Below are positions 12,301 through 21,903 of a DNA stretch of 64,000 bases, piece after piece. Source of the stretch: a virus; the IMG/VR virus record IMGVR_UViG_3300023184_004591, positions 1 to 64,000 of that record; one strand, given 5' to 3'. The position numbers and the translations under genes are program-made. Each line of letters opens with the position of its first letter. Position 1 is the first letter of the stretch. The notes under the pieces were generated by a model. That model saw only the letters and a program-made list of their open reading frames with translations, was not told where the DNA came from and ran no database searches.

Positions 12301-15300
12301 ACTTTTGTATTATCAAAGTACCCGTAATTAGGTGCCCCCCAAAATAATCTCACAGATCCGTTAAACACGGCAGGATTACTTGATATCTCTACTTTTAATT
12401 TATTATTTTTGAAACACTCTTCTTTTGTTTGATTGTCAGTATAACCAAAAGACGGCATTACAAAATATTTATCGCCTTCAGTTGTTTTAACAATTGTTGA
12501 CCAAGGAGTAACCTTTAATGACCTGTTATTATCATTAGGGTCAAAACCACTTGTTTCAATAATCTTACCATCTTGATTTGTTGTCATCACTATTTTACCA
12601 TCATTAATTAATGATTGGATTTCAGTTTGTGAATATCCTCCTGTTGCCGAATTAGTAACATAAAAAATATTTGGAGTAACCACAGTAAAGTTTTCACCTG
12701 TAAGTGTTTGTGTTATATCAACAACATATTGACCAACACCACCCGTTGTACCACTCACTTGACTAACAATTTTAGTTCCAAGAGCAATTGTTGGTCCTGA
12801 AATAATTTGTCCTGTAGATAATGTTCCACCACTAAACGTTAAAACGTCCATTATTGTTCCTGTAATATTACAAGTACCATTTAATATTGATGTGTTTTGA
12901 GTTATATCAACAATATATTTACCAACTCCACCCGTTGTACCATTTATTTGAGATACAATAGTTGTATTAGTATCAACGGTTGGTCCCGCTAATACTTCAC
13001 CAGGAGCTAAGTTATTATCATTAATAGTATAAACGTCTAATGTTGTACCAACAATACTACAAGTTCCATTTAATTGTGTGACACCCGAAAATAATTGTAA
13101 TCCTTGTAGAAATACATTCATATCATCATACAACTTAGGGAAAAACCCTGTATTCATAGTTGTTGAGTTATACGCAACTAAATTTGGCGTTGCACTTACC
13201 GTGTTTTCTAAAACAATATTGTTTTGGAGTCCCTCAATATTCAAGGAGTAAACTTTTGTAGATGCGGATGTTACGGGATCATAATTACCTAAATAATCAA
13301 AATCTTTCCAAACCTCATCTAATATATCAACACCCGTGTCATTCCAAGTTTTATATCTATGCCATATAGAACCGTATTTAACAACCCAAGCATATGGTAG
13401 TTTATGTACCGCACCAAATTTTTTAATGGTTGATAAGATATAACTTAAATCGTTAGGTTCATTATATGACCTATATTTTTCTCTAAGACTTGCCAACGGT
13501 AAACTATTCAAGAATAGATATGCTGCTTGTTTGTATGAAGATAGATCATTTGGTTTATATCTAAAATTATATACTCCGTTTTGAATTGCATTAATAAAAT
13601 AAGGTGTGTTCATTATTGAAGTTGATTGAGTTTCACTTATAAACCCATCATAATTAGAATAATTTAAATTCCCCTCAGTTGTGAACTGTTCTTCAATTTT
13701 TCTATTATTATAGAATGTTTTGAAATTGTCAGTATTAATATTTTGACTAAAAACGTCCGCCTTATAATTAAAGTTTGTTATAGGTCTTTTCTTTTCGTTA
13801 GTATCGTCGTTATTAAAATTACAAATTGTTTTATGTGTTGTATTATATGATAACACATCTTTAGTGTTATATGCTAAATTAACATTTTGTATTGATTTAC
13901 CATCCGCAAGATAATTCTTACACCAATCAAAATTAGTGATTGGGTACATATCTGAAAAATCAAACTCATTACTAGAAGTTTGGTTTCCTATATAATCAAT
14001 TATTTTTGATTCGTCAGTTAATGAAACATTTGGTTGTGATCTTTCATTTGTTAAAATTTCTTGATTAAATAATTCAAAAGGTACATTAGTTTTATTCTTA
14101 AGGTAATTTATTGTAAATTCACCTCTTATAAATTTTTGCCAACTTTCACCTTCACCCTGATTTGAAATGTGCCTTAAGAATGTTAAGAAATTATTTTGAT
14201 CAATTAAGTATTGTTTTAATTTTTGAGTTAAGAATGGATTATCATTACCTAAACTTTTTAATATGTTAATTTTTTCATCTTCGGCCTCAACCATAAAAAT
14301 ACTTGCATCATACCCCGATTGTCTATTTAATTTAGAATAGTAAGTATTAACCATAATTCTTTCATAAATCTCATAAAAGAATTTTATCTCTTCTTTGTTT
14401 TGGAATACTTCATTTGTCACCGGGAAATCAAGGGCATTTAAACTTAATCTATTTGGTCTTGTGACCTCATTAGTTTCATCACCATAATCAGGATTTTTAG
14501 GTTCCCTATCAGTATAACCTTTAATAAACTCTTCAACAAATTCAACCTCAGGCCATATTTCAGGAATATACGCCTTTGTCATTGTTGCAATAGATTTATC
14601 ACCAGGATAAACAATTTCAAATTTCTCTTGTTTATCATCACCTAAAGTTTCTTTAATAACTTGAGGCCAAGGATAGATCGGTTCATTATTTTGAGTAGAC
14701 GATTTAACATCCACACTCATTGCACTACTATTACTACCGAAAATTGCTTGTCGTCTGTATTTATTTTCTCTTATATCCCAAGCTTTAGAATGGACATCAT
14801 CCATTAAACGAATAAACGCTTCACCTTGTGCAAAGAAAACCGCTAATACGTTTCTAATGGATGGTTTAAACCCTACTCCTGTATCTTTATTACTTAATTG
14901 TTCATTAAGATTTTCAGTTATTTTTTCTTCAATTTGTCGTCTAAGTGTTGATGATTCTTTAGCCGCCTTTTCTGTTATATCAATAAAGTGATCGGTACCT
15001 TCAAATATAAAAAACTTAGTCCCAGGTAAAATTGAGTTAGCTGCAATGAACGTATCTAATTCAGTTTGTGTCTTTGCAGGTTTACCTGTTCTTTCCTCAT
15101 ATGTTTTTGCAAAATCAATATCCGTAAGTGGATTAATTTTTGCGTAACATTTTTCAACAGTGGCATTAATAGGTACTTCACTTTTTGTGGTTTTACCCCC
15201 AACGACATAACTACCATTTTTTCCCGCAACACTATTACTTTCAAATAATTTTTGGTATTCAGTAAAAATACCGGCCAATTTAGTTTCAGCTTCCGCCTGT

Positions 15301-16472
15301 TTGTTTAAATCAGAATAATCTTTTTTATACGTATAAACAACTTCCTTAGTATCTTTTAAACTATATGAAGTTGTTTTGTCCATGTATGTTTCAAACCATG
15401 AGTCACCATAAAAAAATACTTTTTTCTGAAATTCAGTTAACTGAGTTTGGAAGTTATCTAACTCGGTTATTGATCCCAAATTTTCTTTAGTAAATTTTTC
15501 TAATATATTTTTAATAAATCTATCTAAACGAGCCTTTAATTGTGTGATTGTAATTTCAGGAAAGTCATCCTCAATCAAACCTTTAGCTTTATATTCAGAA
15601 TAAAGTTCTTTCATTTTTTGATAACCACGACTAACTTGTTTTGATGACATTTTATCAAGGTTAGATCCTGCAGGTGTGTTTGTACTCGCTTGAGTGGTTG
15701 ATACAAAATTATTATACATATGTGGTACCGCCATCATAGCTCCCCAATTCACGTAAGACATCACCGTATACTTATAACCAAAAAACTTTAATGTAATCTT
15801 AAAGTTACCAGTTGAGTTATCAAAGTTTGACGTAAACGATTGTAACATTAATGGTAGCCTTACTGCCTTCCCATAATATCCCTTTAATGTTAAATAAAAC
15901 ATCGGATATGGTAATTGGAAAAACGCAGAGTAAGGAGAATTGTTCCCACCTTCAAATAATGCTCTTCCTTTAATATCCGTTAATTGAACAGTTACGGTAG
16001 GTAAGAAACTTGTGTCAATCGCAACCTGTATATCAGTTATACCTAATAAACCATTATCCACCGCTCCAGGTGTACCATTTGAGTACATACTCTGAGTAAG
16101 ATAGAAGTCGTCTGATTTGTTTGGGTTTTGAACCGCATTTAATTTTGGTTGGTTTACGCCTTGTCCCTGAACAGATCCTTTACCTGTAATCTCATCGGTA
16201 TATCGGTTATCCATAAACGTTTTGTTTCCAGGATTTAAGAAATTAATCTTACCTACGGAAACAGTTCTAACTGAATCATTTAATGCCGATCCTAACGCTA
16301 ATTTAGTTCTTGGTAATACACTACACTCAAGATTAGCATAGAACACAAGGTTCTCATGTTTAACTAATCTATCACTAACCTTACCTTCACTATCAACAAT
16401 TTTATTTGGGTCTATTAAGGTAATGTTATCATAATCAAATTCCACTAATATGTTTTCACCTTTATCTACCAT
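9339..16472 (-). CDS. Very large putative baseplate hub/tail protein (2377 aa)
   Basis: N-terminal GITDIQV..PTVTVQLTD.KGRALFE and C-terminal CSVDMLGNALIQPMMYF..GPYMITSVTHQI resemble gp27/gpD-type hub folds; it lies in the tail module. Confidence 0.65.
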   Translation of the reverse strand: MVDKGENILVEFDYDNITLIDPNKIVDSEGKVSDRLVKHENLVFYANLECSVLPRTKLALGSALNDSVRTVSVGKINFLNPGNKTFMDNRYTDEITGKGSVQGQGVNQPKLNAVQNPNKSDDFYLTQSMYSNGTPGAVDNGLLGITDIQVAIDTSFLPTVTVQLTDIKGRALFEGGNNSPYSAFFQLPYPMFYLTLKGYYGKAVRLPLMLQSFTSNFDNSTGNFKITLKFFGYKYTVMSYVNWGAMMAVPHMYNNFVSTTQASTNTPAGSNLDKMSSKQVSRGYQKMKELYSEYKAKGLIEDDFPEITITQLKARLDRFIKNILEKFTKENLGSITELDNFQTQLTEFQKKVFFYGDSWFETYMDKTTSYSLKDTKEVVYTYKKDYSDLNKQAEAETKLAGIFTEYQKLFESNSVAGKNGSYVVGGKTTKSEVPINATVEKCYAKINPLTDIDFAKTYEERTGKPAKTQTELDTFIAANSILPGTKFFIFEGTDHFIDITEKAAKESSTLRRQIEEKITENLNEQLSNKDTGVGFKPSIRNVLAVFFAQGEAFIRLMDDVHSKAWDIRENKYRRQAIFGSNSSAMSVDVKSSTQNNEPIYPWPQVIKETLGDDKQEKFEIVYPGDKSIATMTKAYIPEIWPEVEFVEEFIKGYTDREPKNPDYGDETNEVTRPNRLSLNALDFPVTNEVFQNKEEIKFFYEIYERIMVNTYYSKLNRQSGYDASIFMVEAEDEKINILKSLGNDNPFLTQKLKQYLIDQNNFLTFLRHISNQGEGESWQKFIRGEFTINYLKNKTNVPFELFNQEILTNERSQPNVSLTDESKIIDYIGNQTSSNEFDFSDMYPITNFDWCKNYLADGKSIQNVNLAYNTKDVLSYNTTHKTICNFNNDDTNEKKRPITNFNYKADVFSQNINTDNFKTFYNNRKIEEQFTTEGNLNYSNYDGFISETQSTSIMNTPYFINAIQNGVYNFRYKPNDLSSYKQAAYLFLNSLPLASLREKYRSYNEPNDLSYILSTIKKFGAVHKLPYAWVVKYGSIWHRYKTWNDTGVDILDEVWKDFDYLGNYDPVTSASTKVYSLNIEGLQNNIVLENTVSATPNLVAYNSTTMNTGFFPKLYDDMNVFLQGLQLFSGVTQLNGTCSIVGTTLDVYTINDNNLAPGEVLAGPTVDTNTTIVSQINGTTGGVGKYIVDITQNTSILNGTCNITGTIMDVLTFSGGTLSTGQIISGPTIALGTKIVSQVSGTTGGVGQYVVDITQTLTGENFTVVTPNIFYVTNSATGGYSQTEIQSLINDGKIVMTTNQDGKIIETSGFDPNDNNRSLKVTPWSTIVKTTEGDKYFVMPSFGYTDNQTKEECFKNNKLKVEISSNPAVFNGSVRLFWGAPNYGYFDNTKVSKPNPDSYLKEILNDKKTQQNFSLNGDITKYDKISEMFTTFDTEVLDYFEQEFLNFSRSIYDYKTLVPSDKDVETESERSYKNFQLLMRELLVVEKPSTLNSEGMINSVIEKQKTTFQGILTNFLEYNVVLKMGNPSMFDRRTFLTFSTKFLIDPVSYQGYSQGTSGSLPSNGGTTTLAQSKTANPETWKALEKYVGFSEIPQLVYSDNGSYITDFFIDLNVQFTEKNIKDFAPLIMLYATQKLNNFEIPTNNVVIPNPVPTPVPSPQTPGDLLTVVTLKDTKTISVYKFGPQKYGVYKDATGTILFTGQPVSASLYPLNTPIIDAIIISQYNAGLSSTPTDPQYIVSTVNITSSQVTTTTTTLPIVQNLGNSVDGVKFYGLMDEYLDKSETYLKNVISNLMTGVRAGLPNITIEGEKGNKSQLEGEQTRVEMWETFKAFNDTWVAGGDFKSKTMFEDVLLFDRASRDVGQKVYVDIFKIKDLIEGSLYKNNMLDIVSTILTQNNFTYFPLPAYANFYNAQDAEKNPVPRSEGSTEFANSFWGTFLNVDYRNTSPKFLCYYANKPSQYVDMKDNVDYRFRDDAFDLRRASDNPLVESQSNKKNWDKSNKVVGFNIDISNQNQQIFKNFSVGQDVGKPTAESLEMLNQMANQSRNRSTGSQNVSLYNLYRNRSYECSVDMLGNALIQPMMYFNVRNIPMFSGPYMITSVTHQISEGEFSTTFKGTRQPFYSLPKIDSFIQSLSLNIISKLQEEVKANEEKTKSSSENVIFQKNNVVSNVTGTDTITKNQDCSNKINSGYVGYTPLDNPTSTQISFKDFKKLLEDRIVASGIAKSTTTNGETKLNDTFIQLSLYLFSFIYLDSASSSGMKAYENNYSTINLTETYGGSQFASSVNKKYYCLSRGTNLNIPIVSFISNEKFIDFAISKFKDRLSLINNSLPLDVDIVKLYVTKYPNVQPDNVYTEMTEQDKTTLQNKTKQALNLYNSLN

Positions 16473-16785
16473 AATAGAAATAATAATTGTCTAATTCGTT
16501 TTTATAATCCTGTAATGATTTAACAAGGGGGAATGGTATTGTTAAAATTGCCCCATCGGGTATGTTTGATTCCATACCACTATATTGGGGATTTGCCATT
16601 TGTACTAACCAACCAAAATATGGTGTGTTATAAAATTGGAATGATATTTTATCTAATCTTGATTGTCCCACTTTGTATATGAAATTTTTATCTGTTGTTT
16701 TTGCAGGTAAATTTATATATGGTACAACTGTTTGTTGACCATTTATTAAAAACTCATTATATCTGTTATAATATTGTAAATTCAT
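16462..16785 (-). CDS. Baseplate wedge protein, gp53/LysM-like
   Basis: Motif RLDKISFQFY..PYFGWLVQMANP...G..LTIP. Confidence 0.7.
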   Translation of the reverse strand: MNLQYYNRYNEFLINGQQTVVPYINLPAKTTDKNFIYKVGQSRLDKISFQFYNTPYFGWLVQMANPQYSGMESNIPDGAILTIPFPLVKSLQDYKNELDNYYFYYGR

Positions 16786-16787
16786 TT

Positions 16788-19700
16788 TTAATTAAATTTA
16801 ATTTTACCATCAAAGGTTTTTTCTTTATTATTCACATTCACATTTGAATATAAGTCTTTTATTACCTTTTTTTGTTGTGACGTTCCACTAACTTTTTTAT
16901 ATTTTAATCCAAACTTAACTTTATCATCAATTGGACTTGTTATTAGAGTTTTGTACAATGGATTATTTTTAATACCATCATATTTGGTTTTATTAAAATC
17001 AGTATATGGATTAAAAAGAGTTGCACACCCACTAACCGCAAGGTCAACAACTTTAGTAACTTCTTGTATATTACCATATTGACCATTAAGTATGAAAGTT
17101 TTTAATTCATTTCTACTATTTTCATCATTAAATATATTGGCCATAACTTGATAAAATCTATTTTTTTCATCGTTATTTACGATAATATCTCTTTGTTTTT
17201 CTACACCAGTCCCACCTAAACCACCACTTGCGTCATTAAACGTACATGATATTTTTTTATAAGGATCTTCATTTAAATATAATAAATCGTCTTTTTTCAC
17301 AACGTTTTCAGGCCCGTAAAATTCAATATGTTTATCTGTTATTTTTTTCAAATAAGTTTGTAACTGAGTAAATGAATCTGCAACTCCTGAAATATCATAT
17401 ACATCAGGTTCATTATTTGAATTCATTATTCCGTCAGTTTTTGATAGTACCAAATTTGCCTTTCTTATATATTGAATATAGTCCTGTTGTAATAAAACTA
17501 AATCGTTTACACTGTTACTAACATTTGTGATAAAATCAGGTTTAATTCCTGTTACATATTCTTTTAATTTATTTTCAATTTCTCTCTTGTCACTATTAGT
17601 TATAGATTGATCATTGTTAACAACTATTTGCATAAATGGATCGTTCCTTTGTGAAATATCCCCATTAACTTTATTAAATAATTTTTCTAACTTGTCCTCA
17701 ACCTCACTTGGTTTACCATAAATTGGTACTTCAATTTCAGGAGTAAACTCCGCAGTACCTTTAGAATAATTTTTATCTTTATATAATAGATCTAAAATAC
17801 CTATATTATAGTTTTTACCAATTGTTGCATTTGTATTAACATATGCCTCAAAATATTCTTTAGTACTATTCCAATAGTCGGTAACAAATTTAGTGTAATC
17901 AATATCTTCTTCACCTGATATTGTTCCAATTGCTTCACCACCTCTTTTTGGTTGTTGATTAACGACATTAGCGGTTGTTACCTTTGGTTGGTTAGCCAAT
18001 ATCTTCTCAACCATATATTTATCTCTCGCTTCAGTACTTTCGGTTGCCGTCGCTCTTTCGTCGTAAATTTCAGTATTCGCATAATAGTTAAACGATAATG
18101 CATTTTGTAATTCCTCAACAGGTTCTTTAAGTCCATGACCACCAATAAAGTTAAAGGCCATTGTCACTTTAGCAATCATCGGTTGTACACCAATACCTTC
18201 AGGGTTTAAGTCAAATGTAATAGGATCATATGTAATACTTAATGAGTTTGGTACAATCTTACTATTATAAAAGTCACCCATTCTTAAAATTAAGATCGGA
18301 GGTGCACCAAACGATGTGTTTAACGCATCATTATATTTTGGTCTACCGTCAGGTCCAATTATAGGAATTGTTTGACCAGGTCTCATACATTGATTTAAGA
18401 ATGTCAATCTCGCATTTAATCCCTCAGGTGTTGTTGAGTGGAACGCAGGATTGAAGTATTTAATCTTTTGTTTAATACTATCATATATCATAGGATCACT
18501 TTCTTTAATAACCTCAAAGTAATCACATTCTGAGAATAAAAATCTCAATATTTTTTTAGATATACCTTCTTTAATTTTTTGTTCAATCCTTAAATTAGGA
18601 CTTGGTTTAATTGTATTAGATGTATTACCAGGTGTTTCAACTTTTGAAGGGTCTGTTGTTGTTTTATCTGTCGTTACTTTTGGGGGTTCAACAGGAGTTG
18701 GATCAGGTGGAACCTTTGCTTCAATTTTAGTTAAAGCAACTCGTCTACAAGCCATTGCAGGTACTGACCACCATTGTGCCGCACTATTAGAAGATGCTCC
18801 CGCAATATCACCACCAGTTGGATTCACAGATGGGGTTGTGGTTATGTTTGTACTACAATTAACAGAAACACCATTTACGGGACTAACTTCCGCTGAGTTA
18901 TATGTGGTACCAGTTGTAGATGTACTAGAATTACCATTACCAACCGTTACAATTTCAGTCTCACCCTGTGTTTCAATTATAATTTTAAATTGTTTTTCAT
19001 CTAATTCACTTATAAGTTTATCACCAAGTTTTTGATTTTTAAACCATTTTTGTACGGTATCAACCCTTCTTTGTGATAATTTTTTATTATACCCTACTGT
19101 TGCAGGTGCCGATGCTGAACCTCTCAATGTTAATACAACTGAACCATTCTTATCTATTATTATTTCTTTTAATTTATCTAAGAAAACAGTTTTTAATTTT
19201 TCAAAATTATTTTTAATAACATTATTAAAAAATGTTTGCACACCTTCTTTTGTAAATTCTTGAGATCCCACATAAACTTTTGCAGGTGCCTTTGTCACAT
19301 ACGTTGTATTTTGTTTTGGAATATATGAATCGTACCAACTATCAAATGGTTTTGATGAGGTTGTGGCATATGTCCCATAACATTCAGGACAATCATTTTC
19401 AAAATAAAATGCGTAATTTATAAATTCTTTTAAAATATCCGAATCTTGTAATGTTGATGTTGCATTTGTTACGGTACTAGTATCCCCAACTTTTAATTGT
19501 TGCCCATCAGTACCTGAAGCATCACCCGTAGTAGTTAATTTAGAATCAACAGGTATTTCAAATGCAACCTGACCTAACTCTTCATTTGTTAATCTTGGGT
19601 TATTTAATATTTGTTGGTACGTAAATAAATCTCTTGTTGGTATTGTATTAAATTTAATACCCAATTCATACATATCGTATTTTGTACATCCCGCAAAGAA

Positions 19701-21839
19701 TGAATCAACAATTGAATCGACTCTTTGTTTTGCAACACCCGCCAATTGTTTCTGAATAATAGTATTCATAATTGCAGGGTGATCGACAACAATCTTCCAA
19801 CTTATACTACCCTTTCTTGAAGTGTTCTTATACGTATAAATTGGTTCAGGTCTACCCAAGAATGGAGTTTCTGAAAAGTTAGGCGTACTATCATCACTAA
19901 ATGAAATATCATATGGTGGAAACCACATGACTCTACCACCGTTTGGTCCTTTTTCACAAACAGGTAAATCATCGTAAGTAAACCCAGGTCTGTCTGAAGT
20001 TCTCCACGCTAAGTTCTCAATAGAGAACATATATTTTTTAACTTTGTTGTCAACAATGTTTGTTGATCCCGGATTCTTAAGTGGGGCAATGTTAAGATTA
20101 TATGTCTTATCTAAAACTGAATATGAGAATTTTCTACCTTCAGTTGTTATACCATCACTTTTTTGTAAGTCAGCATATGTGAAGTAAGGTGTGTCCTTTT
20201 GGAACACTCTACAGTACTCAATACCCGCTTGAGATCCATCGGTCTGATCCTTATAAGATAATACCATAGAACCCTTTGTCATCTCTTTGTACCCATCGTT
20301 GAATACCTTTGATACTTGGTTAATCGCATTACCTACGTGTTTTAATCTTGCTTGTCCTTGTACTTGATCAGCAGATTCAATAAGTCTTTGTGTTTTATCT
20401 AAGATTGAATCCCCTTTGAAATCAATATCCGTTGATTGGTATCTACCATAATCACTTTTAATTGTTTCAAATTCATTATCTAATCTTGTAGGGACCCCAC
20501 CAGGACCTACTTTAAATCCTGCGTTGTCTTTATATTTTGGTGATGTCCAAACAAATTGACCATCTATACCACCACCATCGGTGTATGATTTCCCTTTTAA
20601 ACCAAATTGTAATTGAGCTTCATTACCTTCGTATAGAATACCAAGTTCTTGTGGGCCATAAACAATAGTTTGTACTTGTCTACCATTTTTTCCAATTGGA
20701 ACTTGATTAGCAGGTGAATCAATTTGTGAAGGTTCTGAATTAGGACTACCTACATAATATCCACCACTTTGTGACTTATTTTGATCAAATAATCTATCAA
20801 TTGCAGTTGTTGCACCTTGTATAATACCTCTACTATATGACGGTCTATATTTGTTGTAATCTAAACTTGAAAATAATACTGATCTTTGTCCAAACCCTGT
20901 GTTTGCAACAAATATTTCAGAAGGATTCTTAAATTTATTTAAGATTGGTCCTAAAAATCCACCCGTTAAATTATTCGCAACATTTAACGCCGCCTCAGTT
21001 TGTGGGTTATCAATAAATGATTCATTAAAATAATCACCAGGGATAAACGATACGGGGAAGTAAGTTCCCGTTAATCTATTTGCCAATGTAACCGAAGCGG
21101 TTATTGGGTTCTCAGGTACCGTAATTCTCCAATTTTTTGTAAAGAATGGTTGTTTACCTGTTGCAACCATACTCGCACTAAACGGGTCTTGTAGTGAATC
21201 TAAATTAACACTTCCAACACTAGCTTGTAATATTTCACTTGCAATTCTCTCCTCAAATAAACTTTTAAGTTGAGCAGCACCAATCTTTGCTAAATAGGTA
21301 TCTTGAGATAATGGACCGTTACTTCCATTTGGGTTATTACTGAAAATTATTTCGTATGGTGAATATGATGATGTTACAAACGTTGAGGGATCCCAATATG
21401 GCGTATACATTTTAGGATTACCAACCACATCGGTTATAATAACTAAATCTTTGTATCCACCTTCAGGTCCATAAATATTTTGTACGTATGCGGCATCAAT
21501 ATAAAACTCATTAACTAAATCTAATACTGTGTCGGTAGGTGCGTATGGTCCTGAATTTGAGTCCACAGGTAGTGGTGCTCCCGGCACAGAATATTTCCCA
21601 TCGTAGCCACCTTCAGGTCCGTATTCATTAAGCGAATACATACTATCGGCAAGTTGATTTGTAGAAATTAAACCATTTGGTGAGTCAATAACATTTGCAA
21701 CAGATATATTAGTTTCGTAATTAACACTATTACTACTAGGAGAATAAGATCCTGGTACCGAATATGGTTGTAAATTACGGGCTAATAATATATCCCTAAA
21801 ATTTGACGAAGATGCAAACGATAATGTACTATCTGACAT
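16788..21839 (-). CDS. Large baseplate/tube-initiator-like protein with an embedded OmpA-like domain
   Basis: FLGRPEPIYTY and PPILILRMGDFY segments typical of tube-initiator proteins; LRGSAS..YNKKLSQRRVDTV is an OmpA_C-like motif. Confidence 0.6.
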   Translation of the reverse strand: MSDSTLSFASSSNFRDILLARNLQPYSVPGSYSPSSNSVNYETNISVANVIDSPNGLISTNQLADSMYSLNEYGPEGGYDGKYSVPGAPLPVDSNSGPYAPTDTVLDLVNEFYIDAAYVQNIYGPEGGYKDLVIITDVVGNPKMYTPYWDPSTFVTSSYSPYEIIFSNNPNGSNGPLSQDTYLAKIGAAQLKSLFEERIASEILQASVGSVNLDSLQDPFSASMVATGKQPFFTKNWRITVPENPITASVTLANRLTGTYFPVSFIPGDYFNESFIDNPQTEAALNVANNLTGGFLGPILNKFKNPSEIFVANTGFGQRSVLFSSLDYNKYRPSYSRGIIQGATTAIDRLFDQNKSQSGGYYVGSPNSEPSQIDSPANQVPIGKNGRQVQTIVYGPQELGILYEGNEAQLQFGLKGKSYTDGGGIDGQFVWTSPKYKDNAGFKVGPGGVPTRLDNEFETIKSDYGRYQSTDIDFKGDSILDKTQRLIESADQVQGQARLKHVGNAINQVSKVFNDGYKEMTKGSMVLSYKDQTDGSQAGIEYCRVFQKDTPYFTYADLQKSDGITTEGRKFSYSVLDKTYNLNIAPLKNPGSTNIVDNKVKKYMFSIENLAWRTSDRPGFTYDDLPVCEKGPNGGRVMWFPPYDISFSDDSTPNFSETPFLGRPEPIYTYKNTSRKGSISWKIVVDHPAIMNTIIQKQLAGVAKQRVDSIVDSFFAGCTKYDMYELGIKFNTIPTRDLFTYQQILNNPRLTNEELGQVAFEIPVDSKLTTTGDASGTDGQQLKVGDTSTVTNATSTLQDSDILKEFINYAFYFENDCPECYGTYATTSSKPFDSWYDSYIPKQNTTYVTKAPAKVYVGSQEFTKEGVQTFFNNVIKNNFEKLKTVFLDKLKEIIIDKNGSVVLTLRGSASAPATVGYNKKLSQRRVDTVQKWFKNQKLGDKLISELDEKQFKIIIETQGETEIVTVGNGNSSTSTTGTTYNSAEVSPVNGVSVNCSTNITTTPSVNPTGGDIAGASSNSAAQWWSVPAMACRRVALTKIEAKVPPDPTPVEPPKVTTDKTTTDPSKVETPGNTSNTIKPSPNLRIEQKIKEGISKKILRFLFSECDYFEVIKESDPMIYDSIKQKIKYFNPAFHSTTPEGLNARLTFLNQCMRPGQTIPIIGPDGRPKYNDALNTSFGAPPILILRMGDFYNSKIVPNSLSITYDPITFDLNPEGIGVQPMIAKVTMAFNFIGGHGLKEPVEELQNALSFNYYANTEIYDERATATESTEARDKYMVEKILANQPKVTTANVVNQQPKRGGEAIGTISGEEDIDYTKFVTDYWNSTKEYFEAYVNTNATIGKNYNIGILDLLYKDKNYSKGTAEFTPEIEVPIYGKPSEVEDKLEKLFNKVNGDISQRNDPFMQIVVNNDQSITNSDKREIENKLKEYVTGIKPDFITNVSNSVNDLVLLQQDYIQYIRKANLVLSKTDGIMNSNNEPDVYDISGVADSFTQLQTYLKKITDKHIEFYGPENVVKKDDLLYLNEDPYKKISCTFNDASGGLGGTGVEKQRDIIVNNDEKNRFYQVMANIFNDENSRNELKTFILNGQYGNIQEVTKVVDLAVSGCATLFNPYTDFNKTKYDGIKNNPLYKTLITSPIDDKVKFGLKYKKVSGTSQQKKVIKDLYSNVNVNNKEKTFDGKIKFN

Positions 21840-21903
21840 ACTTTTTTATTAATAAATACCTTGAGAATTTTTTTATAGAAAACATAATTCTAAGAATTTT
21901 CTA

